DNA of 24,000 nt. Source: Pusillimonas sp. (GTDB taxonomy: Bacteria > Pseudomonadota > Gammaproteobacteria > Burkholderiales > Burkholderiaceae_B). Within the stretch, counting starts at the first letter, position 1. Every line of letters begins with the position of its first letter. This document shows, in pieces, positions 7,983-14,247 of the stretch. The stretch is taken from NCBI RefSeq assembly GCF_044464525.1, contig NZ_JBIQLE010000002.1, positions 121,691-145,690 on the forward strand. Reading direction: 5' to 3'. The position numbers and the translations under genes are program-made. Under the pieces are notes generated by a model, which was not told where the DNA came from, searched no databases, and worked only from the letters and a program-made list of their open reading frames with translations.

Positions 7983-9155
7983 TTATTGCTTTTTATTCGT
8001 CAATGCATCCATGTCGATGAGGGACCAGTCGCCATCCTTGACAGTGATGAGAACGCGGCCACGCTCGTCCATGCCGAAGTGATCGGTTGGCGTCATGTTG
8101 TAGATGCCGTGGGTTGCGACCACTTCTTTGGCGTTCTCGATGGCGTCGCGAAGGCCGGCGCGGAATTCTGGAGTGCCGGGCTTGCCCGCCTTGAGCGCTT
8201 CAGGCACGGCGTTTTGGAACAGCAGGAAGGCGTCGTAGAACTGTGCGCCAAAGGCCGAAAGAGAGCCCTCGCCGTACTTGGCTTCGTAGCGCTCGGTATA
8301 GTCGAGGCCCAGTTTTTTGGACGGGTTGCTGTCGGGAAGCTGATCGGCCACGACAACCGGACCAACCGGCATGATGGTGCCTTCGACAGCCTTGCCGCCC
8401 ACGCGCATGAACTCTTTGGTTGCCGTACCGTGCGTTTGGTAGATTTGGCCCTTGAAGCCGCGGTCTTGCAAGGTGACCTGCGGCAAGACCGAAGGCGTGC
8501 CAGAGGCAACCACCAGCACCGCATCGGGCTTGAGGGACACGATCTTGACTGCCTGGCCGGTTACGCTGGTGTCTGTGCGGTTGAAGCGCTCCACGGCGGT
8601 AAGCTTGATGCCCGCGGCTTCGGTGGCTTTTTTCATGGCGGTGAGCCAGCTTTCGCCATAGGCGTCGGTATAGCCGATGAAGCCCAGCGTCTTGACTCCG
8701 GTAGCTTTCATGTGGGAGATCAGGCCGTCGGCCATTACATCGTAATGCTGCGGCGCACGGAACACCCATTTGTTCTTGTCTTCAGGCAGCTCGACCGGCG
8801 CGACGGTAATCTGCGGGGTCTTGGATTCGTTGGCGATCTCGGCCATGGCCGCGCTGGGCGGGGTGGAGGACGAGCCCAGCAGGATATCGACCTTGTCTTC
8901 GGCGACCAGCTTGCGTGCATTGCGGCCCGCCTGGGTGGCGTCGGTGGCGTCGTCAAGAACGATGTAGTTGACTTTTTCACCCTCGATGGTGTCAGGCAGC
9001 AAGGGCACGGTGTTTTTTTCGGGGATGCCAAGCGCGGCGGCCGGGCCCGTTGTGGAAAGCGATATGCCCACATTGATGTCGGCCTGCGCCGGCATGGCAA
9101 AGACCGCCATCGAACCGGCGGCGATAGCCGCCGCGAGCGTCAACTTTTTATTCAT
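7983..9155 (-). CDS. ABC-transporter periplasmic substrate-binding protein, Leu/Ile/Val-binding (LivJ-like, type I PBP) family
   Basis: Sec signal ends ...AMPAQA/DINVG. The start is typical of the family (INVGISLSTTGPAAALGIPEKN ... YIVLDDATDATQAGRNARKLVAEDKVDILLGSSSTP). A GGAG SD is present. Confidence 0.85.
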   Translation of the reverse strand: MNKKLTLAAAIAAGSMAVFAMPAQADINVGISLSTTGPAAALGIPEKNTVPLLPDTIEGEKVNYIVLDDATDATQAGRNARKLVAEDKVDILLGSSSTPPSAAMAEIANESKTPQITVAPVELPEDKNKWVFRAPQHYDVMADGLISHMKATGVKTLGFIGYTDAYGESWLTAMKKATEAAGIKLTAVERFNRTDTSVTGQAVKIVSLKPDAVLVVASGTPSVLPQVTLQDRGFKGQIYQTHGTATKEFMRVGGKAVEGTIMPVGPVVVADQLPDSNPSKKLGLDYTERYEAKYGEGSLSAFGAQFYDAFLLFQNAVPEALKAGKPGTPEFRAGLRDAIENAKEVVATHGIYNMTPTDHFGMDERGRVLITVKDGDWSLIDMDALTNKKQ

Positions 9156-9383
9156 GCTTACTCCTGATTTGCAACTTAAGGCACTGTTATTGAATTATGG
9201 CGCTCGCCCGGATCTGTTCTCCAGGCGCCAGCAGCGACTCTACGCCGTTAAAAAACCAGGGTCAAGATTTCTGGTTACATCTTCGGGTTAACCATCCCCA
9301 TTACGGTATCGGCCGTGCCGCAAGAAGCTGTTGGAGCCGCGAACGCGCCGATTGCGACGAGCGCAAGCTAATGGAACGAGACC

Positions 9384-9773
9384 TTAAGGCGCGCAGGCCG
9401 GAAACACCAGCAGCGGCAGGCCGGTGACGAACACCGCGCCAAGCGCCGAGACGTCGATCAGAAAAGTGGTACGCCACATGAAGCGGCCATGGAGGCCTTC
9501 GCCGTGTCCGTGCCGCAGCCTCCGCCACTGGCCGCCGCTGCGCCATGCCAGCGCCGCGCACGCCAGCAGGTGCGCCGCCCACAGTACGCCCAGCGCCAGG
9601 CTAACAGTCGACGCCCGCATTTCGGATGGAACAGAGAGGCAAGCCAGGGCGTGGCCCACATACAGGACGGTGAAGGCGACCGCCCACACAATGAAACCGG
9701 CGATGGCGCGCCACACGCCGGGCACCGGCCATGAAGCGCCATCATTTCGGCCGGGCCGAAGGGGGCCGTTCAT
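9384..9773 (-). CDS. Small hypothetical integral membrane protein (about 3 TM) translationally coupled to the oxidase subunit I+III gene
   Basis: ATG 9773-9771 overlaps the TGA 9772-9770 of the upstream gene (ATGA). GAGG lies 6 nt upstream. Three hydrophobic helices are visible: VWRAIAGFIVWAVAFTVLYVGHALACL, VSLALGVLWAAHLLACAALAW, FLIDVSALGAVFVTGLPLLVF. I recognise no family. The ORF-track start at 9902 would overlap the upstream gene by 133 nt. Confidence 0.5.
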   Translation of the reverse strand: MNGPLRPGRNDGASWPVPGVWRAIAGFIVWAVAFTVLYVGHALACLSVPSEMRASTVSLALGVLWAAHLLACAALAWRSGGQWRRLRHGHGEGLHGRFMWRTTFLIDVSALGAVFVTGLPLLVFPACAP

Positions 9774-12328
9774 GCCGAACCTCGCAAACCAAGCATCAAG
9801 ACCAGCAAGCCCAGGCCGCTCAAGCTTGTGTAGCCGGTCCACAGGGCCTGCACCCGCAACTCTTCCAGACATACCGCCTCGGCATGCAGGGCACGCCGGC
9901 ACAAAGCGTACAGCGCCATCAGCAGTGCGACGGCCAGATGCAGGCCGATATACACCAGAACGACCAGCATCAGAGCCGAATACGCATGCCCGGTCGGCGC
10001 TTCAAGCCAGTGAATCAGCACGCCGACCGCCGCCAGGGCCACTGCCGCACAAAGCACGCCGGCCGCCTGTGGCGCGATGCCGCGCCCCCTTGCTGGCGTG
10101 GCCAAAGCGGCGACAAGCAGCCCGGCCAGCGGCACACCCAGCATGACCCAGACCCAGGGATCTGGATCCAGCCGGCGCGGCGGCGGCCAGTTGGGCGCAT
10201 ACAGGCTCAGGAACAGGCAGCCAAATATCAGAGAACTCAGCAGGGCGGTGTTGGCGGCCAGCGCGCACGCCATTCCCCACCAGCCAGGCGAACCCCTGGC
10301 CGCCCAGTGGCCGGGCAGGTCCACCCCCGTACCGGCCGCAACACGCGGCGGATTGCCCTTGGGCGCCAACTGCCAAATCCATGCGGCAAAGAGCAGCACC
10401 GTCGCTGCGACGGCGGCCAAAGCGATTACATAGGTTTTAAAAAGCAGCGCAAGGAAAAACACGCCTGTTGCGATACCGCAATACAAGGGCATCCAGGTGG
10501 GGCCGGGCAAATGGATGACGCTGCGCGGCTCGCCGGTGATCACCTCGATGCTGAGTGTTTGGCGGGTGGGCGGCGGACATGCCGCCAGCCACATGCGGCC
10601 CCCCTCGATCTCGCCGCCCAGCGTGGGCCTCTCCCACAAGGGATAGCGTCCCGGTATGTCGGGGATGCTTGCAAAATTGTACGAGGGCGGCGGCATGGGC
10701 ATGGCCCATTCCAAGGTGCCGGCCTGCCATGGGTTGTGGCGCGCGGGATCGCCTTTGCGGGCATGCAGCACCAGGTCGATCAGAAATATGCCGAAGCCTA
10801 TGGCCTGAATGAAGCCGCCCATGCTGCTTAGCAGATTGAGCGTGTCCCAGCCCGAGTCTTGGCCATATGCGAAGATGCGTCGCGGCATGCCGAGCAGGCC
10901 GGTCAGGTGCATGGGCAGAAAGGTAAGGTTGAAGCCAACGAATACCAGCCAGAACGCCGTCGACCCAAGCCGGGCCGATGGCATGCGTCCGGTCAGGTGC
11001 GGCATCCAATAGTAGGCGGCCGCCATCAGCGGAAAGACTGCGCCGCCGATCAGCACGTAATGCATGTGGGCGACGACGAAATGGGTGTCGTGCACCTGCA
11101 CATTGAACGGTATCAATGCCACCATGACGCCCGTCAGGCCGCCCAGCACGAAGATCACGAGAAACCCGCCCAGGTACAGCATGGGCAGGCCGAAGCGCAC
11201 TTTGCCCGACCATAGCGTGGCGATCCAGGAAAAAAACTGTATGGCCGTGGGTATGGCCACCAGCATGCTCGCGGCGGAGAAAAGCGCAAGGCTCAGTTGC
11301 GGAATACCCACGGCGTACATGTGATGTACCCACAGCCCGAAGCTGAGAAAGCCCATGGCCACGATCGCGTTCACCACCCATGTGTGGCCCACCAGAGGAT
11401 GGCGTGCGAAAGTGGGAATCAAGGTTGAGACCATGCCCGCGGCCGGAAGAAAAATGATGTAGACCTCGGGATGGCCGAACATCCAGAACAGATGTTGCCA
11501 GAGCAGGTTGTCCCCACCCAGTTCGACGGTAAAAAAGGGCAGGCCGAAGGCGCGCTCAAGTTCAAGCAGGATGCTGCCCAGGATCAGCGGCGGAAACCCC
11601 ACCAGGATCATGCCGGCCGTGATCAGCATATACCACGCGAAGATGGGCATGCGCGCGAGGCTCATGCCCGGCGCCCGCATCTTCAGAATGGTGGCGATCA
11701 ATTCAACCGCCCCGCACAACGCCGAGATCTCCGCGAACGTGATGCCTATCAGCCATATGTCGCTGTTGATGCCCGGTGTGTACTGGTTGCCGGCCAGCGG
11801 CGTATACATGAACCAGCCGCTGGAGGGCGCAAGCCCCAGCGCCATGCCCGCCATCAGAATCAAGCCGCCGAATAGATAGCACCACCAGGCATAGGCGCCC
11901 AGCCTGGGAAAAGCCAAGTCGCGCGAGCCCAGCATCTTGGGCAACAGATAGAAGGCAAAGCCTTCAAGCATGGGTATGGCGAACAGGAACATCATCACCG
12001 TGCCATGCATGGTGAAGATCTGGCTGTACAGCTCGCTGTCCAGGAAACCGCTGTGCGAGGTGGCAAGCTGGGCCCGTATCAGCATGGCCAGCACGCCGCC
12101 GATTAGGAAGAAGCAAAGCGCGGCCAGCATGAAGCGCTTGCCCATGGCCGTATGGTTCACCGCCGACCAGCCGCGCCAGCCCGGCGGGGAACGCCAGACG
12201 CCGTCCAGGGCGCGATGCAGGGCGGCGGGATCGGCCCGCCCGCTCTGGGCGACGCCCTTCGCTGAGCCGGGCGCTTCATTTAGAGAACCGCGCGCCTTGC
12301 CGTTCGAGGGGCCGGGGGAGTCGTTCAT
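9770..12328 (-). CDS. Heme-copper (A-type) cytochrome c oxidase subunit I fused to a subunit III-like domain
   Basis: 852 aa. Subunit I signatures are FGHPEVYIIFLP (CuB His/Tyr and channel Glu), WVHHMY (CuB His pair), VVAHMHYVLIGG (heme ligands) and NPWQAGTLEWAMPMPPPSYNF (end of subunit I). Two extra TM helices follow, then a roughly 200-aa subunit III-like multi-TM region (GWWGMACALAANTALLSSLIFGCLFLSLYAPNWPP...). An AGGAG SD is present. The ATG overlaps the stop of subunit II (ATGA at 12325-12328). Confidence 0.9.
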   Translation of the reverse strand: MNDSPGPSNGKARGSLNEAPGSAKGVAQSGRADPAALHRALDGVWRSPPGWRGWSAVNHTAMGKRFMLAALCFFLIGGVLAMLIRAQLATSHSGFLDSELYSQIFTMHGTVMMFLFAIPMLEGFAFYLLPKMLGSRDLAFPRLGAYAWWCYLFGGLILMAGMALGLAPSSGWFMYTPLAGNQYTPGINSDIWLIGITFAEISALCGAVELIATILKMRAPGMSLARMPIFAWYMLITAGMILVGFPPLILGSILLELERAFGLPFFTVELGGDNLLWQHLFWMFGHPEVYIIFLPAAGMVSTLIPTFARHPLVGHTWVVNAIVAMGFLSFGLWVHHMYAVGIPQLSLALFSAASMLVAIPTAIQFFSWIATLWSGKVRFGLPMLYLGGFLVIFVLGGLTGVMVALIPFNVQVHDTHFVVAHMHYVLIGGAVFPLMAAAYYWMPHLTGRMPSARLGSTAFWLVFVGFNLTFLPMHLTGLLGMPRRIFAYGQDSGWDTLNLLSSMGGFIQAIGFGIFLIDLVLHARKGDPARHNPWQAGTLEWAMPMPPPSYNFASIPDIPGRYPLWERPTLGGEIEGGRMWLAACPPPTRQTLSIEVITGEPRSVIHLPGPTWMPLYCGIATGVFFLALLFKTYVIALAAVAATVLLFAAWIWQLAPKGNPPRVAAGTGVDLPGHWAARGSPGWWGMACALAANTALLSSLIFGCLFLSLYAPNWPPPRRLDPDPWVWVMLGVPLAGLLVAALATPARGRGIAPQAAGVLCAAVALAAVGVLIHWLEAPTGHAYSALMLVVLVYIGLHLAVALLMALYALCRRALHAEAVCLEELRVQALWTGYTSLSGLGLLVLMLGLRGSA

Positions 12329-12990
12329 GGCGCTCCTTGGCGATGGAGGGGCAGCGAGGCAAGCACCTGGGCAAGCCGCGCCTCTTCATGCGCCACGACT
12401 TGAAAATGCATGGCGGCATGCCCGATGCCGCAGTATTCGGCGCACTGGCCGTGATAAACGCCCGCCTGGCCGGCGGTGTACACGACCCGGTTCGTGCGTC
12501 CGGGTATCGCGTCCATCTTGCCACCCAGCCGGGGAACCCAGAAGCCATGTATGACGTCGGACGCGGTCAGTTCAATGGACACGGGCGCACCCGCCGGTAC
12601 ATGCAGCACATTCACCGAGTAACGCGCGCCGCCGGGCGCATCGGGGTAACTGACTTCCCACTGCCATTGGCTGGCCGTCACCTGGACGCGGTATTGCGTC
12701 TCGCCCTGTCCGGGCATGGCAAGATAGGCGTAGGCCAGCAGCGCCGACATCACGCTCAGCGGAAACAGCACGCCGCCGCCGAGCAACAGCCACAAGGGGC
12801 GCCGGCCCGGACGGCTTTCCGACCGCGCGCGAAGAGCGAAAAACACCAAGGCCAGCATCATCAGCAGTACTGATAGGCTGCCCCAGGCCATGACATACCA
12901 AATGTTGGCGATGTGCTGGGCCTGAGCACTGGCCGGATCCAAAGTGGATAGCGGAGCGCTATCGCATCCCGCCAGAAATGCCGCCGGCAT
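12325..12990 (-). CDS. Cytochrome c oxidase subunit II (CuA cupredoxin domain, no fused cytochrome c)
   Basis: Two TM helices are followed by a cupredoxin domain with a complete CuA site (DVIHGFWVP ... C-A-E-Y-C-G-I-G-H-A-A-M). The start is uncertain. I chose ATG 12990. ATGs at 13101 and 13107 are in frame but would overlap the divergent neighbour's start, and the intervening codons are rich in rare codons. The ORF-track start at 13473 is rejected. Confidence 0.8.
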   Translation of the reverse strand: MPAAFLAGCDSAPLSTLDPASAQAQHIANIWYVMAWGSLSVLLMMLALVFFALRARSESRPGRRPLWLLLGGGVLFPLSVMSALLAYAYLAMPGQGETQYRVQVTASQWQWEVSYPDAPGGARYSVNVLHVPAGAPVSIELTASDVIHGFWVPRLGGKMDAIPGRTNRVVYTAGQAGVYHGQCAEYCGIGHAAMHFQVVAHEEARLAQVLASLPLHRQGAP

Positions 12991-13019
12991 GATGAGCGCC
13001 GACTTCCAATCGCGAAGCC

Positions 13020-13062
13020 GCTTACCTTGCCGTCCCGGTTGTTGCTCGCTTGCAAGGTACGC
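13020..13062. promoter_or_regulatory. Inverted repeat (11-nt arms, 1 mismatch, 21-nt spacer) in the divergent intergenic region
   Basis: gcttaccttgc (13020-13030) pairs with gcaaggtacgc (13052-13062). It lies between the subunit II start (12990) and the DUF2231 start (13106). Confidence 0.3.
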
Positions 13063-13105
13063 GGCTTGCTGGCGTCTATGGTTCCGGGGCAAAAGGACCA
13101 TATCC

Positions 13106-13585
13106 ATGAAAGCCATGAAAGCATTCTTGCGGCGCAAGTCGGAAAACCCGCATACGGCGATGGCCCTTGGCAGCCATCCCTTGCACCCCATGGTCGTGCC
13201 TTTCCCAATCGCTTTCTTGATAACGGCGTTGGCCACGGACCTGATCTTCCTGATGACGGCCGACGCATTCTGGGCTCGCTTATCCCTTTGGCTGCTGGGT
13301 GGCGGGGCGTTCATGGGCGTGGTCGCAGGCCTGATCGGAGCGGCCGAACTGCTCATCATCGGTTCCATACGACGCAGGGCGGCCGCCTGGAGCCATTTCG
13401 TGGTGGCGGTGATGCTGTTGTCGGTCGCGTTCCTGAACTGGTTCATGAGACTGTCCGATCCGGTTGCCGCCATGTTTCCGTGGGGGCTGGGCCTGTCCTT
13501 TCTTGGCTTCCTGCTGGTCTCGATTGCGGGATGGCTGGGCGGAAAGCTGGTGTTTGAAGAGCGGGTGGGGGTAAAAGAGGCTTGA
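13106..13585 (+). CDS. DUF2231-family integral membrane protein
   Basis: AAGGA lies 9 nt upstream of ATG 13106. The N-terminal hallmark is GSHPLHPMVVPFPIAFL. Four hydrophobic helices are present. The C-terminus is GWLGGKLVFEERVGV, typical of the family as I recall it. Confidence 0.7.
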   Translation: MKAMKAFLRRKSENPHTAMALGSHPLHPMVVPFPIAFLITALATDLIFLMTADAFWARLSLWLLGGGAFMGVVAGLIGAAELLIIGSIRRRAAAWSHFVVAVMLLSVAFLNWFMRLSDPVAAMFPWGLGLSFLGFLLVSIAGWLGGKLVFEERVGVKEA

Positions 13586-14060
13586 AGCCGCTTTGGCTCT
13601 GGCGAGGCTCCAAAATTGGCGCCGGACTAGCATCTGAAAAATAGGGCAGGCGCGGCTTGGCCAACACCAGCCACAGCACGCAGGGGAACAGCAACACCGG
13701 CAGGGCGATGCGCATCACACGCGACAAGGCGTTGGCGCGCTCCGCTGTGTGACTTTGCTTGGCCAGGATGACGCCGCAGCGAGCATGAATAATGGCCAGT
13801 ATCGCCACAAAAAGCAGTTTTACCGCGAACCAGGGCGCGGTCACCTCGCGCATCGGAATCAGCGCGGTCCCGCTCACGATAGCCACAATGGCGAAAGGGG
13901 AGGCGATCCAGATATATAGGTTGCGGACCATGCCGTGCAGGCGCAAGTACTCGGGGTTGGATAGGCGCGGGTTATGTTCTGCCATAAGAATTGGCAGGTA
14001 GATCAAAGAGGCGCTCCAACAAACGATCGAAATGATGTGCAACCCCTTCACCCAGGCCAT
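13443..14060 (-). CDS. HemJ/CopD-like (UPF0093) membrane protein, diverged, with a Pro-rich C-terminal extension
   Basis: GGAGG SD precedes ATG 14060. WVKGLHIISIVCWSASLIYLPILMAEH...MVRNLYIWIASPFAIVAIVSG...WFAVKLLFVAILAIIHARCG...LAKP aligns with the HemJ pattern (LK.LHI....W.AGL.YLPRLFVYH ... R.LY ... KL..V......H). The core ends near 13653. The ORF then runs about 70 more codons to the first stop at 13443. Confidence 0.6.
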   Translation of the reverse strand: MAWVKGLHIISIVCWSASLIYLPILMAEHNPRLSNPEYLRLHGMVRNLYIWIASPFAIVAIVSGTALIPMREVTAPWFAVKLLFVAILAIIHARCGVILAKQSHTAERANALSRVMRIALPVLLFPCVLWLVLAKPRLPYFSDASPAPILEPRQSQSGFKPLLPPPALQTPAFRPAIPQSRPAGSQERTGPAPTETWRQPDRTVS

Positions 14061-14247
14061 TCTTCCTCCATTCGATCCCCGCGTTTCATCACTCGAAGGC
14101 TGGAGCAGCAAGCAGCATGCCCATCCGGCTCACCACCATAATCTGCTCAGTGCGGGCGCTCTAAGGGCGAAAGGCATCGACACATTCGCTGCACGGCAAG
14201 GGCATAGATATTGCTGATGCCACAGCTCGTTCGACGGGGTAAATACT

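Noticed and set aside
7986-9167. 393-aa ORF on the plus strand covering the whole binding-protein gene
   Set aside because: It is an antisense shadow ORF typical of GC-rich DNA. The translation is Arg/Gly/His/Asp-rich low complexity with no recognisable family. The minus-strand frame has a signal peptide, an SD and clear family similarity.
9731-11381. Long alternative-frame ORFs across the oxidase subunit I gene (9731-10831 plus strand, 10437-11381 minus strand, and others)
   Set aside because: These are frame-shifted or antisense readings of a gene with unmistakable heme-copper oxidase motifs. Their translations are Arg/Gln/His/Pro-rich nonsense.
12963-12990. Lipobox-like FLAGC at the N-terminus of subunit II, suggesting a lipoprotein like CyoA
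   Set aside because: From ATG 12990 only 8 residues precede the Cys and there is no charged n-region. A convincing signal (KRLRDWKSALIMPAAFLAGC) would need a start at 13101 or 13107, which collides with the divergent gene's start. No GTG, TTG or ATG lies in between. Left unresolved and not claimed.
12991-13473. 382-aa version of the subunit II ORF (start 13473)
   Set aside because: The first 160 or so codons are antisense to the DUF2231 gene and show no oxidase similarity. The recognisable subunit II begins at about 12990.
14061-14247. Possible Moco riboswitch or other leader RNA upstream of the YdeP-family molybdoenzyme
   Set aside because: I could not recognise conserved Moco-motif elements or a convincing multi-stem structure by eye. 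A covariance-model search (Rfam Moco_RNA_motif) would be needed, so it is not claimed.
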